NCBI GenBank assembly: GCA_964416985.1 | Contig: CAYQFS010000001.1 | Coordinates: 153,365 to 217,364 of the forward strand | DNA from: an uncultured Candidatus Saccharibacteria bacterium | GTDB lineage: Bacteria; Patescibacteriota; Minisyncoccia; Phycocordibacterales; PALSA-1337 | DNA: 64,000 nucleotides | Direction of reading: 5' to 3' | Part shown: piece after piece, positions 39,814 to 49,402 of the stretch | How the letters are laid out: each line of letters opens with the position of its first letter | Position numbering within the stretch: the stretch's first letter is position 1 | The notes under the pieces: model-generated | Databases searched by the model: none | The model's input: the letters and a program-made list of their open reading frames with translations, nothing else | Told to the model about the DNA's origin: nothing | Made by a program: the position numbers and the translations under genes

Positions 39814-40365
39814 ATGAAAATAATAATTCGACGGATGCCCCCAACCAAGGTGTCTGGTATTGAGTTGTCCAGATATGTTGCTTGGAATGAATCAGATTCT
39901 GAACAGCAGTTTTTTGGAGTAAGTGAAGCAAGTGCGGTTGGTGAGCTGGTCATGAGTGTGGCATCTAGTCTGGGATTAGAGATAGTTAAACTACCCCAGA
40001 TTGAAAAAGCTTCTGTGGAAAGGATGGTAGGGGATGTCGTCACGGGATTAAATTTACCACTTCCGCCATTTGACTGGAAAAAAGAAAAGAATAAGTCCGA
40101 ACGTTGTGAATTTACGCCAGAAGCATGGGAACAGATCCTGAGATTGGATTGGTCACGTCGCATGCGCGATATACTACTATCGATCAAAGGGAAAGAACTC
40201 GGAAAATTACAAGCTTCAGACGTTGAAGGTTTCAGTCCAACAACCTCAGCGGATTTCAATAGAAAATGCTATGAGTCTTTGTTGCCTTGGAGGATTTACT
40301 TGTTTAAGAAGTCTGGGCAACAATATTGGGGTAAGGGTTATATTCTAACCTACTGTAGCACGTAA
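39814..40365 (+). CDS. hypothetical protein (183 aa)
   Basis: Promoter TTGACA..TATAGT. Terminator-like 'gcgagatggtgggtttctttttt' downstream. Confidence 0.5.
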   Translation: MKIIIRRMPPTKVSGIELSRYVAWNESDSEQQFFGVSEASAVGELVMSVASSLGLEIVKLPQIEKASVERMVGDVVTGLNLPLPPFDWKKEKNKSERCEFTPEAWEQILRLDWSRRMRDILLSIKGKELGKLQASDVEGFSPTTSADFNRKCYESLLPWRIYLFKKSGQQYWGKGYILTYCST

Positions 40366-40570
40366 CCTAAAGCTCATTATCTCAACATTGAAACCTACTG
40401 TCGCGAGATGGTGGGTTTCTTTTTTATATTGCATTAAGGATATGGGACCAAGTAAAAATTAACGAAAAATTCGTTAATTTTTACTAAGTGATGATAGACA
40501 CATTATCCTAGCTCTTTCCTTTATAAAAAAGCAGCAACCTTGCGGGTGCTGCTTGTGAAAGCGATTCTGC

Positions 40571-41035
40571 TTAAGCGAAGTGATGGCTCGGCATTGCTTC
40601 GGAATTAAATATCATAGGAACACGCCCGGGTTCTTTGAGTGTGAACCTTTCCCATCCAAAAGAGAATTGTGAGGTTCCACCCAATTCTTCCGTAATGATG
40701 CGCATCGCATCTTGGGGGACCAGCATCAGGAGATTTTCTTTTCCTACTTTTACAAACACAAAGATTGTACGTGCAAAGTTCTCAAAACTTTTGTGTTTAG
40801 CGTTTGCTGCTTCAAATTTCCCTCGCACTTGCTTACACGCTGCTGATAGGGATTTATTCTCCTTGCTTTTCACAGCGATTTGTCCCGGCCAACCTGAAGG
40901 AATATGGACTACGTAGAGCAGATCACCCTTTGATTTTTTGAGGTGGCGCTGGACCTGTAGAAACAGACGGATCTGTTCATTGTAAAAGGATAAGCATTTT
41001 TCAATAGCTTCTTGAGTTCGTTCGGTTTTTTTCAT
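40571..41035 (-). CDS. hypothetical protein
   Basis: The ORF opens at 41122; the probable start is MKKTERTQ. No recognisable motif. Confidence 0.45.
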   Translation of the reverse strand: MKKTERTQEAIEKCLSFYNEQIRLFLQVQRHLKKSKGDLLYVVHIPSGWPGQIAVKSKENKSLSAACKQVRGKFEAANAKHKSFENFARTIFVFVKVGKENLLMLVPQDAMRIITEELGGTSQFSFGWERFTLKEPGRVPMIFNSEAMPSHHFA

Positions 41036-41122
41036 ACTATAACTTTCTGGAGAGAAAGTATCATAATAATTATCCTCAGTCAATTTAAGTATTATTGCAC
41101 AAAATGATATAATTACATTCAT

Positions 41123-41965
41123 ATGCCACGAGCGAAGGTAAGAATAAGTAAAGAAAGATTGAGATTACTCTACCATCGAAAAAACTTGACTCCGGTAAAA
41201 ATCGGAAGGATTTTTGGTTGCCACGCCATTACTATTCGAAATCGTCTGAAAGAATATAAAATTCCTTTCAAAGATCCTGCTTTTGCCCGAATTAGATCAA
41301 AGCGCAAAGACTTTAATAACATTCTTACAAACAAAGCCTATATGATCGGATTTCGTATTGGTGATCTAAATGTATATCGTCCAAGTGAAAAATCTCAGAC
41401 AATAGTGGTTCGCTGTCATACAACTCAAATAGAGCAAATAGATATAATTAAATTTCTATTTAAGGGTTTTGGTAAAATAACAACGTCTTTTAATAATGGA
41501 CATTACCACATAAATTGTTTTCTAAATGAGACGTTTGGCTTTCTTCTTTCGAAAAGTAACGAGGCTTGGAGCTGGCTTAAGAATAGTGATGAATTGGTAC
41601 CCTATTTTATTGCGGGTTATGTTGACGCTGAAGCGAATTTTATTTTAAATCAAGGAAGAGCGCGATTCAAAATTGATTCTTATGACGTAGATATACTTAC
41701 TTTTATTTCAGAGTGGCTTGTGTCAAAGGGAATCTCCACTCGTTTCAGAAGAATTTATAAGAAAGGTGATATTTGGAAGGGTAATTTCCCTCTCAATAAG
41801 GATTTGTGGAGGTTGAATATAAATGATATGGTATCATTACTCAAATTCATTAATCTCATATTGCCCTGGATTCGACATAAAAAAAGAAGGGCTGATATGA
41901 TAATTTGCCTCAAAAATATTAAAAATAGGCAGGATAAGAAAAAATATGGATCCCAAAAAAATTAG
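41123..41965 (+). CDS. LAGLIDADG-family homing endonuclease (two motifs) with N-terminal HTH
   Basis: Motifs 'AYMIGFRIGDLNVY' and 'YFIAGYVDAEANFIL'. N-terminal 'LTPVKIGRIFGCHAITIRNRLKEY' HTH. Confidence 0.75.
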   Translation: MPRAKVRISKERLRLLYHRKNLTPVKIGRIFGCHAITIRNRLKEYKIPFKDPAFARIRSKRKDFNNILTNKAYMIGFRIGDLNVYRPSEKSQTIVVRCHTTQIEQIDIIKFLFKGFGKITTSFNNGHYHINCFLNETFGFLLSKSNEAWSWLKNSDELVPYFIAGYVDAEANFILNQGRARFKIDSYDVDILTFISEWLVSKGISTRFRRIYKKGDIWKGNFPLNKDLWRLNINDMVSLLKFINLILPWIRHKKRRADMIICLKNIKNRQDKKKYGSQKN

Positions 41966-43760
41966 AAATTTTTCAATAATGGCCCATGTAGACCACGGGA
42001 AATCGACTCTTGCCGATCGCATGCTTGAATTTACCAATACCATTGAAAAGAGAAAAATGCAGGAGCAGGTTCTCGATAGTATGGAGCTTGAACGTGAGCG
42101 AGGTATTACTATAAAGATGCAGCCAGTGAGAATGAAGTGGGCAAAGAAAACGGGAGAAAATACTGGAAGGGAATACATCCTAAACCTCATCGACACCCCT
42201 GGTCATATCGACTTTTCGTACGAGGTTTCTCGTGCTCTAAAGGCTGTTGAAGGATCAATCCTTCTGGTGGATGCCACGCAGGGAGTTCAGGCTCAAACCC
42301 TCACAACACTCAACATGGCTCGTGAGTCAGGTCTTACTATTATTCCTGTTGTTTCGAAGATTGATTCTCCTCTTGCTCGCGCAAGCGAAGTGGTCCATGA
42401 AGTCTGCGAACTTCTCGGTTGTAATGAATCAGATGTTCTCAGGGTCTCAGGAAAAACAGGGGAAGGAGTTTCAGATCTTCTCGATAAGATAATCGAAAGA
42501 GTCCCCCCACCGGATGTTCCAAACGATACAAAAGAATTTCGTTCCCTCGTCTTTGATTTCCAGTATTCAAACCACAAAGGCGTGATCGTCTATGTTCGTG
42601 TCATGAGTGGAAGTGTTAAGCGGCATGATCAGCTTCTTTTTAAAATTTCAGATGAAAAATTCCAGTCTCTCGAAGTAGGAATTTTCGCTCCTGATGACAC
42701 ACCCACAGAAACTCTCGGAGCGGGGGAAATTGGCTACATTGTGACAGGAATAAAGCAGCCGGGAATTGCATCAGTTGGAGATACAGTTGCTTCAACTCGA
42801 GATGCACTCGCACCACTTCCGGGATATATGACCCCTCGACCAGTTGTTTGGGCTTCGATTTATCCTGAAAGCCAGGATGATTTTACAGCTCTTCGCCAGG
42901 CTCTGGGAAAACTTCGACTCTCTGATTCTTCATTTACCCACGATGAGGAATCCTCTGGAACGCTTGGAAGAGGATTCCGCTGCGGATTCTTGGGAATGCT
43001 TCATCTGGAAATCATCACCGAGCGCCTCCGACGCGAATTTAGTCTGAATCTTGTTGTTACAATTCCAAGCATCACGTATCATGTCGAGCTCAAACACGGT
43101 AAGACTGTCGTTGTATATTCACCAGCACTTTTTCCTGAAGATCATGAAGTCGTCCGTGTTCTTGAACCTCTCGTCAACATGAAAATCATCACCCCACCGC
43201 AGTATCTCGGGGTAATTATGCAGTCGGTTTTTGATCATGAGGGAATTGTCTCTGCCACGGAAAACTTTGGAGAAAATAGGACATCGCTCTCACTTGTTAT
43301 GCCACTCCGAGAACTGATGAGAAACTTTTTTGATGAAATGAAAAGCATTTCTTCTGGTTTCGCATCCATTTCATATGAAATTGGGGAGCTTCAGGAGGCA
43401 GATGTTGCTCGCATGGATATTCTCGTCGCCGATGAGCCTGTCGCTGCCTTTTGCCGAGTCGTCTCTCGTCGCCGTCTCGAAGAAGAAGCAAAAGCAACCG
43501 TCGAAAAGCTCCACAAAATTCTTCCCCGCCAGATGTTTACCGTAAAAATTCAAGCAAAAGCCCTTGGTCGAATCATTGCTTCTGAGACACTTGCTGGAAT
43601 GCAAAAAAACGTCACACAGCACATGTATGGAGGAGACCGTACTCGAAAAATGAAACTATGGGAAAAACAGAAAGAAGGAAAGAAGAAAATGAAGGAATTG
43701 GGACGTGGGAATGTCAATATTCCTCAAGAAGTCTTTGTTAAAATGATGCGGGCGGACTAG
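41946..43760 (+). CDS. lepA: translation elongation factor 4 (LepA)
   Basis: 'NFSIMAHVDHGKSTLADR' G1, 'DTPGHIDF' G3, LepA C-terminal domain. Confidence 0.95.
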   Translation: MDPKKIRNFSIMAHVDHGKSTLADRMLEFTNTIEKRKMQEQVLDSMELERERGITIKMQPVRMKWAKKTGENTGREYILNLIDTPGHIDFSYEVSRALKAVEGSILLVDATQGVQAQTLTTLNMARESGLTIIPVVSKIDSPLARASEVVHEVCELLGCNESDVLRVSGKTGEGVSDLLDKIIERVPPPDVPNDTKEFRSLVFDFQYSNHKGVIVYVRVMSGSVKRHDQLLFKISDEKFQSLEVGIFAPDDTPTETLGAGEIGYIVTGIKQPGIASVGDTVASTRDALAPLPGYMTPRPVVWASIYPESQDDFTALRQALGKLRLSDSSFTHDEESSGTLGRGFRCGFLGMLHLEIITERLRREFSLNLVVTIPSITYHVELKHGKTVVVYSPALFPEDHEVVRVLEPLVNMKIITPPQYLGVIMQSVFDHEGIVSATENFGENRTSLSLVMPLRELMRNFFDEMKSISSGFASISYEIGELQEADVARMDILVADEPVAAFCRVVSRRRLEEEAKATVEKLHKILPRQMFTVKIQAKALGRIIASETLAGMQKNVTQHMYGGDRTRKMKLWEKQKEGKKKMKELGRGNVNIPQEVFVKMMRAD

Positions 43761-43904
43761 CGGAAAAGCGTCGGAATCAAATAAAGAATCATGCTTACAA
43801 TAATGAGGATCCCTATAATAAACATGATTACCTTGAAGGCTTTCTGGGTGTTTTGGTGGAATAACATAGTAGAGGATAGTATACTATAGCTACCGAAAAT
43901 TTCA

Positions 43905-44315
43905 ATGCTTGAATTCCAGCAAAAAAAGAAGTTCCAAAGATTCCTCCATTCTCCCCTCATGATCATTACCCTCATCATTGTTTTTGGCGTTCTAGCAAAA
44001 GCTTCGTGGGGAGTGTACCAAAAGGAACGCTTGAGTGCCGAAAACCTTTCTCGTCAGAATGCTGAACTTCAGAAGCTTTCAGAAAGAGAGAATAGTCTTG
44101 CTCAATCGATCGAATATCTTAAAACTGATGAGGGTGTCGAGGCTGAGATTCGCTCAAAGTTTCGTTTCGCGCGCGACGGCGAATCGATTGCCGTAATTAT
44201 TGACAATAGTTCCTCAACAACAAGAGGGGTGTACCAGAGTACATCTGCATCTGGCGCAACTTCTACTGAATCAAGGGGATTTTTCGGAAGAATTTTCTCG
44301 TGGTTTGCGAATTAA
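43905..44315 (+). CDS. septum formation initiator FtsB/DivIC-like (TM + coiled coil)
   Basis: N-terminal TM, coiled coil 'LSRQNAELQKLSERENSLAQ', 'KTDEGVEAEIRSKFRFARDGE' family motif. Confidence 0.65.
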   Translation: MLEFQQKKKFQRFLHSPLMIITLIIVFGVLAKASWGVYQKERLSAENLSRQNAELQKLSERENSLAQSIEYLKTDEGVEAEIRSKFRFARDGESIAVIIDNSSSTTRGVYQSTSASGATSTESRGFFGRIFSWFAN

Positions 44316-44363
44316 TATTGCTCTGATATACTATAACTCCTTACAAACTAATTTTAATTATCT

Positions 44364-44597
44364 ATGAAAAACATCACCATTTACTCAACATCAACCTGCC
44401 ACTTTTGCAGACTCGCAAAAGAATTTATGACTGCGAACAATATTCCTTTTACTGAATACAATGTTGGAACTGATCTTGAAAAGAGAAAAGAAATGGTAGA
44501 AAAGAGCGGTCAGATGGGAGTGCCAGTGATCGACATTGGGGGTGAGATCATGGTAGGTTTTGAGGAAGGGGAGTTCAGGGAGGCTCTCGGGATCTAG
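44364..44597 (+). CDS. glutaredoxin-like protein (CHFC active site)
   Basis: 'ITIYSTSTCHFCRLAK...GVPVIDIGGE' Grx fold. Confidence 0.8.
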   Translation: MKNITIYSTSTCHFCRLAKEFMTANNIPFTEYNVGTDLEKRKEMVEKSGQMGVPVIDIGGEIMVGFEEGEFREALGI

Positions 44598-44609
44598 TTA
44601 GTTTTATAA

Positions 44610-45284
44610 TTTATTTTTTTAAATTCACCAAAGAAGACACTTACAGAAAAACAAATAAAAGAAATAACTGATCTTAGGCTGACCGGTCATTCACTTCCTG
44701 AAATAAAGAAGATTGTTGGATGTGGCTACGGGACTGTTTGGAGGTATATCAGGAATATAAGGGTTTTGGCTGAATATCAGGAAATCTTGAGAGTTAAACA
44801 AGGAGGAAGCAAGGAAAGAGCCAAGAAACATTGGAATGAAGCACAAAAAGAAGCTAAAGATGTAATCGGTCAGTTTTCTACGAGAGATTTGTTAATATTT
44901 ATGAGTGGGATCTATTGGGGAGAAGGCACAAAAACATCACTTGCTCTAGTAAATGGCGATCCTTTCTTAGTTCGGTCTTTTATCCAGGGTCTGTTAGTAA
45001 TGGGCGTAAATAAGGATGACATAAGACTAAATTTTCGTATTTTTTCGGATACTGATGAAAATAAGATAATAGATTACTGGTTAAAATTTCTTGGTTTCAG
45101 TCGAGAAAATATTGGGCGGTCGGAGATTATAGAGGGGAATGGTACAAATAAACTTCAGTATGGAATGTGTCGTGTTCGAGTATTGAAAGGAGCTCGTTAT
45201 TTCAAACGTGTCATGAGTATGATAGATTTGATGAAGTCGTCACAATGCCCCTGTAGTTCAACGGATAGAACAGGAACGTCCTAA
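44610..45284 (+). CDS. LAGLIDADG-family homing endonuclease (single motif) with N-terminal HTH; no in-frame ATG before TTG at 44766
   Basis: 'IFMSGIYWGEGTK' LAGLIDADG motif. An in-frame upstream HTH 'LTGHSLPEIKKIVGCGYGTVWRYIRNI' has no ATG. The ORF track starts at TTG 44766. Confidence 0.6.
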   Translation, partial: FIFLNSPKKTLTEKQIKEITDLRLTGHSLPEIKKIVGCGYGTVWRYIRNIRVLAEYQEILRVKQGGSKERAKKHWNEAQKEAKDVIGQFSTRDLLIFMSGIYWGEGTKTSLALVNGDPFLVRSFIQGLLVMGVNKDDIRLNFRIFSDTDENKIIDYWLKFLGFSRENIGRSEIIEGNGTNKLQYGMCRVRVLKGARYFKRVMSMIDLMKSSQCPCSSTDRTGTS

Positions 45285-45358
45285 GTTTCTGATGTCAGTT
45301 CAATTCTGGCCAGGGGCACTATTTTGCATATTCACCCCTTTTTGCTATACTCATTCTC

Positions 45359-45604
45359 ATGACTCCAGAGGAACGTTCGCTTCTTGAAAGAACACATGAA
45401 ATGACGGAGGAAAATAACAAGATCCTTCGTTCTTTGCGCCGTAGCAGGCGCATCAGCCTTATTCTGAGTATTTCGTACTGGGTTCTTATCATCGGACTCT
45501 CGGTGGGGGCTTTTTACTTCATTCAGCCCTATATTGATTTCATTGCCGGAGGAACTGATTCTGGATCAAAGATAACGGAGCAATTTAAAGATCTCCTCAA
45601 ATAA
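45359..45604 (+). CDS. small membrane protein (81 aa)
   Basis: Promoter TTGCAT..TATACT. One TM helix. Confidence 0.45.
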   Translation: MTPEERSLLERTHEMTEENNKILRSLRRSRRISLILSISYWVLIIGLSVGAFYFIQPYIDFIAGGTDSGSKITEQFKDLLK

Positions 45605-45614
45605 GTGCGTACAT

Positions 45615-45690
45615 GCCGAAGTAGCTCAGTTGGTAGAGCGCTCCCCTGAAGAGGGATAGGTCACCAGTTCGACTCTGGTCTTCGGCACCA
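45615..45690 (+). tRNA. tRNA-Phe (anticodon GAA), CCA encoded
   Basis: Acceptor GCCGAAG/CTTCGGC, D-arm GCTC-AGTTGGTA-GAGC, loop CTGAAGA, T-arm ACCAG-TTCGACT-CTGGT, followed by ACCA. Confidence 0.9.
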
Positions 45691-45698
45691 CACAAAGA

Positions 45699-45726
45699 AA
45701 AAAGAGACTCGAAAGTCTCTTTTTTC
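45699..45726. terminator. bidirectional terminator hairpin (tRNA-Phe / hsp20)
   Basis: AAGAGACTC-gaaa-GAGTCTCTT flanked by A-run and T-run. Confidence 0.7.
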
Positions 45727-45730
45727 TTAA

Positions 45731-46207
45731 TTAAATAGTCTTCACCTTCAATTTAGACTGTCTCTTCTTATCAAGCTTTGGTAGTTTTAAAATAAGGAGG
45801 CCATGTTTTTCGACAGCTTCTGCTTCGTCAACATCGATTTCTGATGGTAGGGTAATGGTTCGAGAAAAACTTCCCCAGTAGAGTTCTCGCGCAAAAAAAT
45901 CCTCATCGTGGATGGTTTTTTCTTCCTCTCGTCGGCCTTTGATAGTTACCATGTCACGAGTAATTGAGATATCAAGATCTTCAGGGCGTACTCCTGCAAT
46001 CATTGCTTTTATGACGATGGAATCTGCTGTCTGATAGACATCGACAGTGAGTTCACCTTCACGTTCTTCTTCTTCGATCCAGTTTGCCGTAACTTTTCCA
46101 GTAGGTTTCTTATCATTTTTTATTTCATCCTCAAAATCTTCCCGGTCTTCATCTACTCGGACGGATCCGGTGAGTCTTTCAAAAAATGATTTCTTTTCTT
46201 TTGCCAT
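45731..46207 (-). CDS. Hsp20/alpha-crystallin family small heat-shock protein
   Basis: ACD core 'GELTVDVYQTADSIVIKAMIAGVRPEDLDISI...VTIKG'. Confidence 0.85.
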   Translation of the reverse strand: MAKEKKSFFERLTGSVRVDEDREDFEDEIKNDKKPTGKVTANWIEEEEREGELTVDVYQTADSIVIKAMIAGVRPEDLDISITRDMVTIKGRREEEKTIHDEDFFARELYWGSFSRTITLPSEIDVDEAEAVEKHGLLILKLPKLDKKRQSKLKVKTI

Positions 46208-46239
46208 AGAACAATGATTAAGGTGCTACTAATAATAAA

Positions 46240-46929
46240 TTATGTTGTTTTCGGATGAATGCCTTTTACTTCTTCAAAAAGAATGATGAGGATGACAACT
46301 GCGCACCACACCCAACCGAAAACTTTGAGTGTACTCGTTACTGTTGCGTTTATTATAGCTAAATTAAACGCAGTATGCAATGCAGAAGCAATAGCAATTC
46401 CTACGAGAACCGAAAAAACTTTTGTAAATGCTTTGCGGTAGAAGGAAAGTCCGATCATGAAGCCAATCGAGGCAGATGAAACAGTGTGGACAAGTGTTGC
46501 ACCAATGAATCTAAAGTTTCCAGTGAGGATGCTGTCGAAAAGTCCATTTGCATCAAATGATTTAAATATGAAAAGAGTATTTTCCATTGCAGCAAAGCCG
46601 AGGGCGAGAGTGATGCAATAAATCATGGCGTCGATTGGTTCATCGAGATTTTTTGAATGAAGGGCCACCAGTCCAATTGCAAGAAATTTAACAATTTCCT
46701 CAATCGCCGCCCATGCCATGTAACGATATGTCTGATCTGCGATTATTTCCTGAGCTATTCCTTCAAAGACGATAGCGACAAGGACCGAAATGCACCCCGC
46801 AAGAAACGAAACTGCAATGAGGGTACGGGGTTCGGGATGGAGGTTATCCTCCCTGAGCCAGAACCAGAGCCACAGGAGGGCAGGGAGCACTCCTGCAAGG
46901 AGAGTGTAGATGATATTGGTAAGGTTCAT
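46240..46929 (-). CDS. PrsW-family intramembrane metalloprotease
   Basis: Motifs 'AIEEIVKFLA', 'FAAMENTLF' and 'HTVSSASIG' (EExxK, FxxxE, HxxxD/N-like). Confidence 0.75.
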   Translation of the reverse strand: MNLTNIIYTLLAGVLPALLWLWFWLREDNLHPEPRTLIAVSFLAGCISVLVAIVFEGIAQEIIADQTYRYMAWAAIEEIVKFLAIGLVALHSKNLDEPIDAMIYCITLALGFAAMENTLFIFKSFDANGLFDSILTGNFRFIGATLVHTVSSASIGFMIGLSFYRKAFTKVFSVLVGIAIASALHTAFNLAIINATVTSTLKVFGWVWCAVVILIILFEEVKGIHPKTT

Positions 46930-47146
46930 GGGGTAAATTATACCGCAAGAAGCTTATTGAAGCAGGGATTGACAAAAAGGCTGAGTTGTGATAGGGTGAC
47001 GGGCAGTCGGCGTTCTTTGACGTTTAAGGAAGATGGGGTGAAAACCTCATAGATTCGGGCTGTTCCCGGATTTGTCTGTATGAATTCCTATGCTCGAAGA
47101 GCGCTATCCTTGCGCAACAGAAAACCAAACAACTCCGAATTAAATC

Positions 47147-48289
47147 ATGAAAAAAATTCTACTCCTTGCCGGTGCCTTTGTGGCACTTATCGCTCAACAG
47201 GCCACCGCAGCTGTCACCATTTCTCTCGCTAACGGCGATGACGATGGAGACTCCGCGAAGGTAGTCACCTATCAGCAGTGGAAAGCTGCTGGTGGCGTGA
47301 AGACTTCAAGTCTTGTCCCCGAAAGTGTTCCGCTTTTGAGCACGATGCCAAACAAAATCTACCAACTCTCTGGACCTTCGTCCGCGAGCAGTCACACGAC
47401 GACATATCGCCAAAGGGTTATGAAGTGGCTTGGCGGTGGTAGTGTCTCGATGGATCGTACACTCGATCCGACGGCTGTTTATCTGATCCCACGTCATTCT
47501 GGTATGTCACAACCGTGGGGTTTACAACTTTACGACATGGCTACAACGGGTTTCCCGTTTTGGAATGGACAGGCTCCGCCAGATACGAATAGCACAGCAA
47601 TAGCGAATGCCACAGGGCATCGTATTGTTGTTCCTCTGATCGCCAGTGGCAATCAGATGAGAAAGTATTGGGTGAGAGTCACAACGTCGAGTACGATCAT
47701 TGGCAACTCAATGTTTCCAGTCGCTACAAATTCAGCGAATGGTCAGGAAATTGCCTTTAACTCGCAGTACATTGCCATCGACCTCGGTGAAAATGGAAAT
47801 CTGGATTCATTCCAGGATCCAGGCACAGGTCAGTTGGTGCAGGCGGGTGATGATACGATTCACACCTCCGGCTTCCCATCGTCACTCGAGGGTCACTACG
47901 ACACCGTGCTACGCTTTGGTTCAACCATCGCGGTCACAGTCAGTGACTATGCGAGCTTCGCAAGTCTCAAGAACGAGTTTGCGTCCAACAACATCACACT
48001 CAAGGTTGAGTTAGTGTTGAAGGAAAGCGACTCTGAAACTGTACTCGACAGTTATGAGACTTCGGCGGCAGTTTGCAAACTCGCGATTGCTGGTCTTCCG
48101 AACAACGTGGTGCGTCTCACGAACGTTGGTGGACAAACAATGCTGGTCAACCAGCTTGAGAGTCGGCCAGACATTCAGGGCTCATCGTGGTCAGTTGCTC
48201 GCCCAGATATGCTTCCTTCGGGACGTTTCTGGGATGAACCAACAGATGGCATGCACTTCTTCCGGTTACGTCAGGCCCCAGGGCAATGA
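47147..48289 (+). CDS. secreted hypothetical protein, strongly GC-shifted (~50% GC)
   Basis: Signal peptide 'MKKILLLAGAFVALIAQQATA'. Composition atypical for this genome. Confidence 0.6.
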   Translation: MKKILLLAGAFVALIAQQATAAVTISLANGDDDGDSAKVVTYQQWKAAGGVKTSSLVPESVPLLSTMPNKIYQLSGPSSASSHTTTYRQRVMKWLGGGSVSMDRTLDPTAVYLIPRHSGMSQPWGLQLYDMATTGFPFWNGQAPPDTNSTAIANATGHRIVVPLIASGNQMRKYWVRVTTSSTIIGNSMFPVATNSANGQEIAFNSQYIAIDLGENGNLDSFQDPGTGQLVQAGDDTIHTSGFPSSLEGHYDTVLRFGSTIAVTVSDYASFASLKNEFASNNITLKVELVLKESDSETVLDSYETSAAVCKLAIAGLPNNVVRLTNVGGQTMLVNQLESRPDIQGSSWSVARPDMLPSGRFWDEPTDGMHFFRLRQAPGQ

Positions 48290-48458
48290 CAACGTAAGGT
48301 TCCGGTCTTACGCCCAACCAACCTCCCTCGCAGTATGCGGTGGAGGTTGTTTTTATGCTAAATTTGTCGTAAAACTAAAGCAAGAGACCTATTGACATAA
48401 ATTATGTTATATGATAGGGTATCGCTACCTTACAGTTTTATCAAGGTAATAAAAATAT

Positions 48459-49379
48459 ATGAAAAACAATATTAAATCATTAGCTTTTGCTTTAATTTTG
48501 ATGTCACTTATCGCTGTGGCACCATTTGTCGTGAAGGCTGAGAACGGCGGAGATGATGTCTCTGGCGGAACAGATTCTACTATTATTAATGGAGGTGATG
48601 ATGCTGGTTCAATTCACACTGACCTTACAAACGGAGATGATGATACGGCTTCAGTTACAGGAGGTACTATCATAAATGGTGGAGATGATACAGGTTCAGT
48701 TCATACTAACCTTACGAATGGAGATGACGACACAGGAGGAACACAGGCTCCTGGAAATGAGTCAGATCCAGTCAATCCTCCTTCAAACTCAGGTAACGGG
48801 AGTGGTCCAGTCGGTTCTTCTGGAAGCTCCGTTGGAACTTCAGGTGGCCGAGCTACAACTCTCCCAACCCTTGGTTCTTTTGGTCAGTGTGAATACATCA
48901 CTGCCTACATGAAACTTGGTGGAAATAATTCTGTCGCCGAAGTTACAAAGCTTCAGAGCTTCCTTTCTTCACAGGGAATTGCAGTAGCAGCTACTGGAAT
49001 CTTTGATGTAGAGACAGAAACTGCAGTCAAAGCTTTTCAAGCAAAGTATCTTGACGAGGTTATGCTTCCATGGGGAGTAACAACTCCTTCAGGACAGGTC
49101 TACTTCACTACAAAGAAGAAGATCAACGAAGTATATTGTAAGGCGAATTTCGCTCTTACAGCAGAGCAGATTGCTCAGATCGAAGCTTACAAGAATGCCG
49201 TAGCAAACGGAACTCTCAATGCAAGCTCGACTGATGCAGAAACTGTTACCGGAACTTCATCTATTCCTCTCAATCCAGAAGTTGGATCAAGTGACAACAG
49301 CAACCAGACAGGTGCAGTTGCAAACACTTCATTCTTTGGAAAGGTCTGGAAATTTATAAAAGGAATCTTCGGAAGATAA
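48459..49379 (+). CDS. secreted protein with GGDD(A/T)GS repeats and C-terminal peptidoglycan-binding-like domain
   Basis: Signal peptide. Five 'NGGDD.GS' repeats. 'LQSFLSSQGIAVAATGIFDVETETAVKAFQAKY' PG_binding_1-like. Confidence 0.65.
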   Translation: MKNNIKSLAFALILMSLIAVAPFVVKAENGGDDVSGGTDSTIINGGDDAGSIHTDLTNGDDDTASVTGGTIINGGDDTGSVHTNLTNGDDDTGGTQAPGNESDPVNPPSNSGNGSGPVGSSGSSVGTSGGRATTLPTLGSFGQCEYITAYMKLGGNNSVAEVTKLQSFLSSQGIAVAATGIFDVETETAVKAFQAKYLDEVMLPWGVTTPSGQVYFTTKKKINEVYCKANFALTAEQIAQIEAYKNAVANGTLNASSTDAETVTGTSSIPLNPEVGSSDNSNQTGAVANTSFFGKVWKFIKGIFGR

Positions 49380-49402
49380 TTCCGTAGAAACTGCGAATCA
49401 CT

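Noticed and set aside
43757-43978. 73-aa minus-strand ORF
   Set aside because: It overlaps the promoter and start of the FtsB-like gene. It is hydrophobic and low-complexity, and likely spurious.
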